In this document: one piece after another, positions 7,933 through 16,683 of the stretch | How the letters are laid out: each line of letters starts with the position of its first letter | Position numbering within the stretch: position 1 is the stretch's first letter | NCBI GenBank assembly: GCA_044236265.1 | Contig: JBIIGV010000233.1 | Span: 15,187-79,186 of the forward strand | DNA length: 64,000 nucleotides | Direction: 5' to 3' | From: Oligoflexales bacterium | GTDB lineage: Bacteria > Bdellovibrionota_B > Oligoflexia > Oligoflexales > RGVZ01 | Notes under the pieces: model-generated | What the model was told of the DNA's origin: nothing | Database searches by the model: none | The model's input: the letters and a program-made list of their open reading frames with translations, nothing else | Position numbers and translations under genes: made by a program

Positions 7933-9450
7933 ATGCTTAATTCCTATGCATTGCTTTTTGTTGATTGTCAGTCCACGGGGGCAAGCCCTCAAACAAGCTC
8001 ATTGCTGGAGCTTGCCGTCAATGGGCAGTCCTGGGTTTTACGTCAGGACGAGGCAGTTAGTCCCAAAATACTGCGTCTAATTGGCATATCGTCCGAGGAG
8101 ATCGCAATCGGCAAGTCGGCTGACGAGGTGTTCGCTGACTTTACACAGTTGATCGACGATGCACGGGAAGGTTTTGGCGAGAAGATTTTTGCGGTCGCTC
8201 ATTTTGCCAGGCTCGAGCAGTCTTATTTGGACCGCCTTTGGCAAAATTTTGCCCAAACAAATTTTCCACTACCTTTGATTTGTACACACAAGTTGGCAAA
8301 AATACTTCACCCGCGTCTTCCCAACTATGGGCTAAGAGCACTTGGTGGTTGGTTTGGCAAACCTTTAGACGATGGTAAACGTGCCGCCCATCACGTTGAC
8401 GCTACGCGTTGCATTTGGAATGCGCTCTCAGTCGAACTTGATCGGCGGGGCATCGGAACACTGGATGATCTAATAAAATTCATGGAGCAGAAGCCAGCTC
8501 GCGCCAGTGGTCGTCGCGAGTTTTTGATTACTCGCGAGAGGCGTTTGGGGCTTCCCTCTGATCCAGGTGTTTATCGTTATCTGGATCGTAATGGAAAAAT
8601 CCTTTATGTGGGTAAGGCTACATCGCTAAAATCACGTGTTAACAGTTACTTCACCGGTGGATGTCGTGGAGATCATCGTAAACTTGAAATGCTGGCGCAG
8701 GCAGTCGAGGTTGAGGTCACCACCACTGAAGCTCCTCTCTTTGCGGGTCTCCTGGAATATGACGAGATTCGTAGGTTAAAGCCACCTTACAATATCGCCT
8801 TCAAGGGCCGTGGGCGCGATCACTTGCAGGCTCTGCAGATCCTTATGGTTCCTCCGACTCAGATTGTCATGTTTGAATATGCAAATATCATGAAGGAGTA
8901 TTTTTATGATCTTGAGGATCAAAATATTCTCGTTGATGGATTAAAGTTGTGGCGTCACAAAAGAGGTGTATCGGTAGAGGATACGCTATCAGAGAGAAGC
9001 CTCCTAAATCTTGGAATGCCCCTTCTAAAAAACTGGATTGCTGAAGAACGACAAAGACGAAATTGTCGTGAGATAGACGTGGACGATGCCACGGATTCAG
9101 AGGAAGAATACATTGACGGCGTCGATGACGAAGATAATTTTGTATGGACTGCTGAAGTTGTGGTAGCCGTTTGTGAGAGAATCGTCAGACGGGCGACACG
9201 GAATTATATCCGGTCCAAATGGTTGCGCCGGATTGCTGGAGCGACAATACAATTGAAATTTACAGCAGGACGGAAACAGAAACATAACACTGCAGATCGA
9301 GAGGCCACGATTTTTCCGTCAGAACGATATCCTGAGGTAGATCTTCGTCGGGTTGGCGTGTTGGTGCACGAGCTTCGTCGTATGGAATCCAAAGGCGACA
9401 AGTGGCAGATTATCAGTCCGTGGCCCATGACGATTCCCTTTTGGATTTAG
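7933..9450 (+). CDS. DnaQ/DEDD-like exonuclease domain (degenerate) fused to a UvrC/Cho-type GIY-YIG endonuclease
   Basis: N-terminal FVDCQSTG...LLELA, VAHFARLE and ICTHKLAKILHPRLPNYGL resemble the DnaQ fold. Central LPSDPGVYRYLDRNGKILYVGKATSLKSRVNSYF...LLEYDEIRRLKPPYN is a GIY-YIG domain. Confidence 0.85.
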   Translation: MLNSYALLFVDCQSTGASPQTSSLLELAVNGQSWVLRQDEAVSPKILRLIGISSEEIAIGKSADEVFADFTQLIDDAREGFGEKIFAVAHFARLEQSYLDRLWQNFAQTNFPLPLICTHKLAKILHPRLPNYGLRALGGWFGKPLDDGKRAAHHVDATRCIWNALSVELDRRGIGTLDDLIKFMEQKPARASGRREFLITRERRLGLPSDPGVYRYLDRNGKILYVGKATSLKSRVNSYFTGGCRGDHRKLEMLAQAVEVEVTTTEAPLFAGLLEYDEIRRLKPPYNIAFKGRGRDHLQALQILMVPPTQIVMFEYANIMKEYFYDLEDQNILVDGLKLWRHKRGVSVEDTLSERSLLNLGMPLLKNWIAEERQRRNCREIDVDDATDSEEEYIDGVDDEDNFVWTAEVVVAVCERIVRRATRNYIRSKWLRRIAGATIQLKFTAGRKQKHNTADREATIFPSERYPEVDLRRVGVLVHELRRMESKGDKWQIISPWPMTIPFWI

Positions 9451-9458
9451 GTGAGATC

Positions 9459-11807
9459 GTGGCAAAGCTCAAGATTGCAGTGACAGATTTCGCGCAAAAA
9501 AATCAGTTGTCTGGTGATATTGATGAATCACAGGCTACAGGTCAGGTTTCTCCAGAATTGGGAATGGAGATTCACCGTGAGATTCAGGATCGCCGCGCGT
9601 CCGAGTTTTTGGACTACCAACGTGAACATCAAGTCAAAGGCTGTCTCACAACATCCAGGGATCTAGAGATTGATCTATCCGGACGCATAGACGGCATGTG
9701 GTCAGAGGGAGACTCTCTCCTTGTTGAGGATGTTAAAAGTACGCTTAATCTACGTAAGCTCCGGCGAAATCTTTTGGAGGATCCGGAGCATGATTATATC
9801 TTGCAGGTTAAAACCTATGGTTGGCTGCTTTGGAAACAGCGCGGCATCGTGCCAAGACTTAGACTTTTACTCGTGTCCGCAGGGAGCCGCGAGGAAGAAG
9901 TCTTTCCCGTGGAGTTTGACCCGGAAAAATTTTCTGAATGGGTAGAGCTGCGCCAAGAGTTTTTGGAAAAACTATGGGTCGAGGTTCGTCAATTCAAGAT
10001 GCGGCGCAAAGAGATGGTAAAAGATCTGAAATTTCCCTTTGCGCGTAAACGCTCAGGTCAGTCTGAATTAATCAAAGAGGTTGAATCGGCATGTAAATCA
10101 AAGTTACAACTCATTATTCAGGCGCCGACAGGACTTGGTAAGACTGCCGGAGTGCTTTTTCCGTTGCTTAAGTCGGGTCTTCGCCGTGGTGACAAAGTTT
10201 TCTATGTAACTCCTAAAAATAGTCAGCTTCGAGAGGCGGAAAAATTTCTTAAATCTGTATCTGCTGATGGTAGTGGTCCGTTAGGTTTGGTTCTGACGGC
10301 CAAGCCCAAGATTTGCATGAATACAGAGGTTCGCTGCACGCCGGATGCCTGTCCGTTCGCTAAAGGTCACTACGATAAAGTTAATGAACATAGACTTATT
10401 GACGCTTTGAGGCATGAACCGATGATTACCGGTGACTTGCTTCGGGATTACGCAGCCCGTTATCAAGTCTGTCCTTATGAATTAAGCAGGCTGCTTTTGC
10501 CATGGGTGGATCTCGTCGCGGGAGATTATCATTATGCGCTTTCGCCACAGGCAAACCTGAGAGAGATTGCAAAGCTACCGCTGGTTGATGATCCCAAACC
10601 TTTACTTGCGATTGATGAGGCGCACAATCTCGCTGAGCGTGCGCTGGATTGGTATAGTCATCCTGTGGGTCCAGTTCCCGATGCGGTCTTAGCCATTAGT
10701 CCAAAAAAATTACGGCGACGGATGGCAAAAGCTAATGAGTGGCTACTGTCTTGTCTGTCAGGCGCTCCTGCCGGTTCTGTTCTTCGCACGCTTGATCGCA
10801 AAGCTCTGATAGAGGTTGTTAATCTTTGGTCGGCAGAAATGCCCTTGGTTCTGGAGTCTGCGACAGGTGATGATGACATTAAGCCGATCATCGAAAACTG
10901 GTTTAGTTGGCTAAGCCTTAGTGAGCTGTGTCAGTGTCCCGATGAGCTTTTTTTCGCCACAAGAAGCCAAGATGGGCTCGGGTTGACGCTCCATTGTGTC
11001 AATGCCGGTCCTCTTATGCGGGAAACGTTGAGTAAATATCATTCCATAGTCGCATTCTCTGCCACGATGAAGCCATTTTCCTATCATCAAACCATGGTCG
11101 GCTTTACAGAGGATCGCACCATCACAAAGGAATTTACTTCACCTTTTCCCCGAGAACACAGGAAAATTATTGCGATTCCGCAAATTTCGACGGCTTGGCG
11201 CGACCGGCCGCGAAGTTTGAATAGAATCGTTGAAGTTGTCGAGCGAGTGATTGCCATGAAACGCGGCAACTACATCGCTTTTTTTCCGAGCTTTGAACTC
11301 TTGAGACAGGCGTTACCTTTGGTCAGTGCTGAAGGCTTTGAAGTAATCGAGCAGCCTGCCGGTGCATCCATAAGCTGGGTGCAGGATGTTTTGCGTAAGC
11401 TACGTAAACGTCGCAATATTTTACTTTTTGCTGTGCAGGGCGGAGTCCTTTCCGAAGGTATCGATTTGCCTGGTGATCAGTTGATAGGTGCCTTCATTAT
11501 CGGTCCAGCGTTATCGATGATTACCACTGAGCGAGAGGAGCGTCGAAAACGTCTCAGTGCAGACGGTACAGATGGATATGCTCTAACTTATGGTTACCCA
11601 GCCATGGCCAAAAGTATTCAGTCCGCAGGGCGAGTCATCAGATCGTCAAAAGATCGAGGACTCATCATCCTCATGGATCCCCGATTCCTAAAGCCGCCAT
11701 ACTCCGACGCTATACCATCCGATTGGATTGGCGAGGGCGGGTCGGCCGAAACATTGATAAGTCGTTCAATTTTGTCAGATATTGCAAGCTTTTGGTCAGA
11801 GTCCTAA
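9459..11807 (+). CDS. PD-(D/E)XK nuclease fused to a Rad3/XPD/DinG-family Fe-S DNA helicase
   Basis: Nuclease motifs GMEIH, SGRIDG, VEDVKS, QVKTY. Helicase motifs QAPTGLGKT, Fe-S Cys (KIC..RC..ACPF..CPYE), DEAHNL, FSATM, FFPSF, SEGIDLPG, QSAGRVIR. GTG 9459 with AGGTGA SD is preferred over the track start at 9402. Confidence 0.92.
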   Translation: MAKLKIAVTDFAQKNQLSGDIDESQATGQVSPELGMEIHREIQDRRASEFLDYQREHQVKGCLTTSRDLEIDLSGRIDGMWSEGDSLLVEDVKSTLNLRKLRRNLLEDPEHDYILQVKTYGWLLWKQRGIVPRLRLLLVSAGSREEEVFPVEFDPEKFSEWVELRQEFLEKLWVEVRQFKMRRKEMVKDLKFPFARKRSGQSELIKEVESACKSKLQLIIQAPTGLGKTAGVLFPLLKSGLRRGDKVFYVTPKNSQLREAEKFLKSVSADGSGPLGLVLTAKPKICMNTEVRCTPDACPFAKGHYDKVNEHRLIDALRHEPMITGDLLRDYAARYQVCPYELSRLLLPWVDLVAGDYHYALSPQANLREIAKLPLVDDPKPLLAIDEAHNLAERALDWYSHPVGPVPDAVLAISPKKLRRRMAKANEWLLSCLSGAPAGSVLRTLDRKALIEVVNLWSAEMPLVLESATGDDDIKPIIENWFSWLSLSELCQCPDELFFATRSQDGLGLTLHCVNAGPLMRETLSKYHSIVAFSATMKPFSYHQTMVGFTEDRTITKEFTSPFPREHRKIIAIPQISTAWRDRPRSLNRIVEVVERVIAMKRGNYIAFFPSFELLRQALPLVSAEGFEVIEQPAGASISWVQDVLRKLRKRRNILLFAVQGGVLSEGIDLPGDQLIGAFIIGPALSMITTEREERRKRLSADGTDGYALTYGYPAMAKSIQSAGRVIRSSKDRGLIILMDPRFLKPPYSDAIPSDWIGEGGSAETLISRSILSDIASFWSES

Positions 11808-11919
11808 TTCGGACTTATATAGCGACATTGCGAAAGCGAGAACTCATCTGTCTATAATAGAGAGAGTTGATGGTTTTTATTTAGGTATTAAGTCGGCTTA
11901 CGTCCAGAGGTAGTCATTT

Positions 11920-13074
11920 ATGATGAGTTTCAAATTATCGTCAGAGCAACAAGCAATTATTGATATGGCGCGAGAGTTTGCTCACAAAGAAATGATGCCA
12001 AAAGCGGCGCATTTCGATGAGACGATGGACTATCCTTGGGACATCATTAAAAAAGCTCACGCAAACGGTTTGCTGAATCTTGGTCTGAAAGAAGAGCATG
12101 GTGGACTCGGGGTTGGATCGCTTGTGCAAAGCATGGTTGTCGAAGAGCTCGCATATGGCTGCTCTGGGATGTCGACTGCAATTACAGCCAATGATTTAGC
12201 ACTCGGTCCATTATTGGTGGCCGCCAATCAGGAACAAATCGAAGAATTTGTGAAGCCGATGGTTAACGAGGCTAAAATGGCGGCCTACTGTGTAACGGAG
12301 CCAGGAGCCGGAAGTGACGTTGCTGGAATTAGGACGAGCTGCAAAAAAGACGGCGATAACTATATTTTAAATGGCGAAAAAATGTGGATCACGAATGGTT
12401 CCGTTGCGTCTTGGTATTTTGTTTTGGCAACCATGGACTCCTCACTTGGTCACAAAGGAATGTGCGGTTTTGTTGTGCCGTCAAATTTGCCCGGTATCAC
12501 TGTTGGCAAGAAAGAGGTCAACCTGGGACAGCGTTGCTCTGACACCCGAGGCATTGTCTTTAAAGATGTGAAGGTTCCGAAGAAATATTTGCTTGGCAAA
12601 GAGGGCGAGGGATTTAAGTACGCTATGAAAGCGTTTGACCATTCGCGCCCATTCGTTGCGGCAGTTGGGGTTGGTATTGCCCAATGCGCGATGGATCATG
12701 CCGTCAAATATTCTTTGGAACGCAAAACTTTTGGAAAGCCGATTGCAGAGCACCAAGCAGTGGCATTTATGATTTCTGATATGGCAACTGAAATAGAGGC
12801 ATCGCGACTACTCTACCAAAAAGCGGCTTGGATGGCTGATGCAGGAATCAAAAACACCAAGTGGTGCTCCATGGCAAAATGTATGGGTGGAGACATTGCT
12901 GTCAAAGTATCGCAGGATGCTGTCCAGATCTTTGGTGGTTATGGCTATAACTCCGAATATCCGGTTGAGAAGTTATACCGTGACTCAAAAATTTGTCAGA
13001 TCTATGAAGGCACTCAGCAAATCCAAAGAGTCATTATCAGTAGAGCTGTTTTTGCTGAGTACTCCCAAAGTTAA
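11920..13074 (+). CDS. Acyl-CoA dehydrogenase (medium-chain/MCAD-like)
   Basis: AYCVTEPGAGSDVAG, LNGEKMWITNG, ERKTFGKPI, QIFGGYGY..EYPVEKLYRD.KICQIYEGT (catalytic Glu); AGAGG SD. Confidence 0.96.
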   Translation: MMSFKLSSEQQAIIDMAREFAHKEMMPKAAHFDETMDYPWDIIKKAHANGLLNLGLKEEHGGLGVGSLVQSMVVEELAYGCSGMSTAITANDLALGPLLVAANQEQIEEFVKPMVNEAKMAAYCVTEPGAGSDVAGIRTSCKKDGDNYILNGEKMWITNGSVASWYFVLATMDSSLGHKGMCGFVVPSNLPGITVGKKEVNLGQRCSDTRGIVFKDVKVPKKYLLGKEGEGFKYAMKAFDHSRPFVAAVGVGIAQCAMDHAVKYSLERKTFGKPIAEHQAVAFMISDMATEIEASRLLYQKAAWMADAGIKNTKWCSMAKCMGGDIAVKVSQDAVQIFGGYGYNSEYPVEKLYRDSKICQIYEGTQQIQRVIISRAVFAEYSQS

Positions 13075-13139
13075 AATTTGGTCACTCTGAAACAAATAAT
13101 GAATTTAGCAATCATCTCAGCATAGCTTGATCGATGCGG

Positions 13140-13166
13140 TTAAGCTGTGCGCGTAACCTCCGATAA
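13140..13166 (+). promoter_or_regulatory. Putative sigma28 (FliA) promoter for the lipoprotein/FadL-like operon
   Basis: TTAAG-N14-TCCGATAA compared with the consensus T(A/C)AAG-N14-GCCGATAA. Confidence 0.55.
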
Positions 13167-13222
13167 CTACTAGGTTAAATTAAAACTGACTAGATGGTCA
13201 CCTAGGGGCGGAGGATCAGCTT

Positions 13223-14248
13223 GTGATTCTGCGGATGATAGCCAGTGTTGCTTGTATGCTGTTTGGCATTAGCTTTTTTACTGCGTGTGGTGGCAAGGCT
13301 GGTGATCGAGTTGGCCAAAGAATGGCGCCTTCATTATCTGGTGATGCAGATTCCGAGATGGGCGAAAGTGATGATGCAACATCTGAGCCACCTGTCGATG
13401 CCGTGCTTCCGGGCGAAGAAGACATGGAATACCACAATCTTTTGAGAGCCTGTGGCGGAATCAATCCTGAGACTCCTGAAGCTTTGATTCTCGATCAGAC
13501 GCTGAAAGCATATGCCACAAGGCAGCAAGGGACAGAGTCTATTGGTGGAATTCCCGTGCGCTATCAGGTCGACTTTGATGGCGAGCTGATCATCAAGTCA
13601 TCTATCAATAAAAACGATTTGAATCGAACGCTTAGCCTAATTGAAGCAACTCCACAACTTGCAGCTAGAAAAGCACGTGAGCGCTTGGCTGCTCAAAGTG
13701 GTGAGTTGGCGACGGACTATGTTCCGTATTCCGAGCGGTCTGCGCTCTCTGACGTCGATGCTGCCTGGGATGGTGTGATCTGTACAATTCAACCTGCTCT
13801 TAAGACGGTCAATACCGTTGGTCGGCGCGTCGTTGTCACCTACAATAAACCGCTGCCCATACATGTTTCTCCGATTGCGGTGCGCGAGCGCTATGAATTG
13901 GAACACACCGGCCAGCGTCGCTGGGAGCTGGAGGCCACGATTGTTGAGTCTGAGCGTCCTGATTTGCCGGTTGGCAGCGTAGTTCCTGGTTTTGTGGTAA
14001 TCGAACCAGTCTCTCCAGAGCAAGTGGTCACTTTACCTGACGCATCGTCGATTGTGGTACGAGGGGATTTTGGCATTCGCATCCAAATTCGATTCGGTAG
14101 TGATCAGATGACAAATATGATGGGATTAACTCCAGATTCAACCTATCTGATTGATCACACCAGGCGGATATTTCGTTCAATCACCGCTGATGTAAAAGAT
14201 GGTTCGACTCCTGTCGTGACGTTCGCGGCTCAGGAGGCCGAACTGTGA
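13223..14248 (+). CDS. Hypothetical lipoprotein (341 aa)
   Basis: GGAGG SD; lipobox-like FFTA-C followed by an acidic disordered linker; stop overlaps the next start (GTGA). Confidence 0.8.
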   Translation: MILRMIASVACMLFGISFFTACGGKAGDRVGQRMAPSLSGDADSEMGESDDATSEPPVDAVLPGEEDMEYHNLLRACGGINPETPEALILDQTLKAYATRQQGTESIGGIPVRYQVDFDGELIIKSSINKNDLNRTLSLIEATPQLAARKARERLAAQSGELATDYVPYSERSALSDVDAAWDGVICTIQPALKTVNTVGRRVVVTYNKPLPIHVSPIAVRERYELEHTGQRRWELEATIVESERPDLPVGSVVPGFVVIEPVSPEQVVTLPDASSIVVRGDFGIRIQIRFGSDQMTNMMGLTPDSTYLIDHTRRIFRSITADVKDGSTPVVTFAAQEAEL

Positions 14249-15159
14249 AATATCTTAGCTTGATGCCAATTATCTTCGTCTGCGTATCGTGCGGTGCTAA
14301 TCCGCCAGCAAAAAAGCCCTTGGCGAATGAATTTGAGTCAGATGCCAGTGCCGCGAATGTGGATGGCAAGTCTCCTTATGCGCTCGCATGCTCAGAGGCT
14401 GTCAGACGTGATGCTTACGGCCAAACTCTTGATGAGGCATTCAATATTTTGTGTGCCGGTGATTTGAAACCAAGTGGCACGTTTGTGAAAACACTAGCTG
14501 GAGATCCCTGGGACGGCTCGTCAGGCCTAAAGATTTTCAAGATTGGAAACGCTGAGCACGACACGGCAGCAAGAACGACAAAACTAACGGGCGGCGGCAC
14601 AATTCTAATTCCGATCGAGGCTGAAAAGTTTGCGGAGATGTCTCTTCTATATGCTGCGAATCCAGATTTGGCGGAGGAGCACGGAATTCGTCTTGTCGAT
14701 GGATTGAGGTCAGAACGGAAACTCGATGAAAATCTTGGGTCGATGGATGGCGTTCTCATGGGTAGAGTTACGTCGCGCTTATTGATCGAAAAAGAAATCA
14801 ATCATCAGAGAATCACGATTGAATATGACGCATCTCGCTCATCAGCCAGGTTCTCCCGAGATGTTTTTGTAACAGCGACAAAACTCATACGCCCGATCCA
14901 GGGCATCAAAGACATGTACAGCGTCAGTCTTTCTTACCCATGGGAGGGTGCAGTCGCCGTCACGACATTGATTATGACAAAGACCGACAATAAAAATCAG
15001 CCTGGTGTCGCTGCCGAAGCATTAATGAAAACATTTAAAGAGGGGATTCAGAACCTGCGCGCTAACGCAGTTGTCATGGGGCTGCGAGAATCAGAGTTAT
15101 GGCTTCATGCCCCCGATGCGTGGGATGATCTATTGAACGGGGTTGCAAATGTGGATTGA
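14245..15159 (+). CDS. Hypothetical lipoprotein (304 aa), possibly START/SRPBCC-like fold
   Basis: GGAGG SD; lipobox CVS-C; a run of beta-strands followed by a long C-terminal amphipathic helix (AAEALMKTFKEGIQNLRAN). The fold is inference only. Confidence 0.75.
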   Translation: MKYLSLMPIIFVCVSCGANPPAKKPLANEFESDASAANVDGKSPYALACSEAVRRDAYGQTLDEAFNILCAGDLKPSGTFVKTLAGDPWDGSSGLKIFKIGNAEHDTAARTTKLTGGGTILIPIEAEKFAEMSLLYAANPDLAEEHGIRLVDGLRSERKLDENLGSMDGVLMGRVTSRLLIEKEINHQRITIEYDASRSSARFSRDVFVTATKLIRPIQGIKDMYSVSLSYPWEGAVAVTTLIMTKTDNKNQPGVAAEALMKTFKEGIQNLRANAVVMGLRESELWLHAPDAWDDLLNGVANVD

Positions 15160-16414
15160 AAAACAATTGAAGTTACATTCAGCCGCATTGATCTATTCTT
15201 TGTTGAACCCCTCAGTTGCAAGTGCTTATCCGTTTCTTTACACAGGAATTCATCAGATTGCTAACTCCGGTTTATCGGCTCTCGGTAGTTCGGATGCCAC
15301 AGCAACTGCAGCAAATCCTGCGAATCTTTCGGACGCCCAAGCGACGAGTTCCTACGCAGATATGGCGATTGTATCCATGCAATACATATATGCACATACA
15401 AACTACGATCCAGTTTATCTGAAGACCGTTGCCCCTCCAGTCAATCTTGGACTTAACGTGAAGACTGACTCAGGTCTCAGTTTCGGTCTTCTTGTGAGTC
15501 CTCGTACTGCTCCTGGCGCTAAACCTATCCGTGTGAATTCTGTGCCGACATTTACTGGTGCGGGATACGCCTTATTTAATCTAGATATTGAGCAAAGCGG
15601 ATTTATGGGTGGACTTGGTGCAGGTTACAAGCTTCCTGGAACAGGTTGGTCTGTCGGATTAACACTTCTTTATGGAGAGGATGCTCAGGAGATCTCCGCC
15701 TATGCATCAGAAGGTGATCAAAGTTTGCCGGGCATGGATATGAAGTATTCTGGGCGTAGTATCCAGGGACTAATGGGAATCGCCTACGCAGGTGGTCGAT
15801 CATCTCTAGGTATGACTTTTAGGAGTCCTGCTGCCAGGCGTTATGATGGCGATATCGCAAGTGCATTGACAGATAACGTTTATGACCACTACAACGGCGT
15901 TTCTTATCATCCTGCACAGCTGACTGGAGCCGTGCAAGTTGGTAGAGGTGTGATGGATTATATGATGCAGGTAAATCGTGACTTTTGGTCGCTCGGACGC
16001 AACGTCGCAAATCGCGGTTTACCTTATGGATCTCCAGAAACTGACTTCAAGGATAGTTTTGGGGTGTCCTTCGCTGCAAAGCTTCGCCAAAGCGACTCAA
16101 CGTCGCTGTCGGCGTCCTGCGGGTATTATTCAGCTAACACGGGAGACGGAAGTGCCATCGATCACGGCTCAACGGCTCTCGATGACACCGCTATTCCGGT
16201 TCAAACTGGGATGGAGTTCGGTCAAATGGAGGCCATTCCCCGGGCTGTGCTGGGTGCTGGAATGATAAGAACCCTCGGAGACAACAGAGGATCTTGGGTT
16301 TTTTCCGGTAATTACCAAACGGGTACTAGGACCATTCCCGTGGGCCACAAGGGTGAAGGTTGGTACCATATCGACGTTTTCACGGTGGCGAGCGGGCTAA
16401 ATGTGAAATTTTGA
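15149..16414 (+). CDS. Outer-membrane beta-barrel, FadL/OmpP1-like
   Basis: Signal peptide; N-terminal DATATAANPANL matches the FadL-family NPA motif; amphipathic strands; C-terminal aromatic (GLNVKF). ATG 15149 overlaps the upstream stop. Confidence 0.7.
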   Translation: MWIEKQLKLHSAALIYSLLNPSVASAYPFLYTGIHQIANSGLSALGSSDATATAANPANLSDAQATSSYADMAIVSMQYIYAHTNYDPVYLKTVAPPVNLGLNVKTDSGLSFGLLVSPRTAPGAKPIRVNSVPTFTGAGYALFNLDIEQSGFMGGLGAGYKLPGTGWSVGLTLLYGEDAQEISAYASEGDQSLPGMDMKYSGRSIQGLMGIAYAGGRSSLGMTFRSPAARRYDGDIASALTDNVYDHYNGVSYHPAQLTGAVQVGRGVMDYMMQVNRDFWSLGRNVANRGLPYGSPETDFKDSFGVSFAAKLRQSDSTSLSASCGYYSANTGDGSAIDHGSTALDDTAIPVQTGMEFGQMEAIPRAVLGAGMIRTLGDNRGSWVFSGNYQTGTRTIPVGHKGEGWYHIDVFTVASGLNVKF

Positions 16415-16683
16415 ATTTGGAACGATTTCCACTAACCGAAAATTCTTATTTTCTTCCGCATGGTTTGCACCGCTTTTTATTAAAATTCAGATGGGTAGAT
16501 CTGGAATATTTGCAGAGCCATTATGCGCTCTAAAGTCCTATTTTGACTTTTAAAATCAGGTACTTTTGCGCTAGTGGGAAAGGCCTGCGATTCTTGATGG
16601 GCCCATATTTCCTTGTTAAAATTAAGATATCGAAATCTCTAAGAATTGCGAATTTGGTTTTGTATCTCAAACTCGAGAGTTGA

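Noticed and set aside
9459..11807. Cas4/CasDinG (type IV CRISPR) interpretation of the nuclease-helicase
   Set aside because: No array or other cas genes, and the nuclease domain lacks the Cas4 C-terminal Cys cluster; it fits the stand-alone PD-(D/E)XK-Rad3/DinG fusion.
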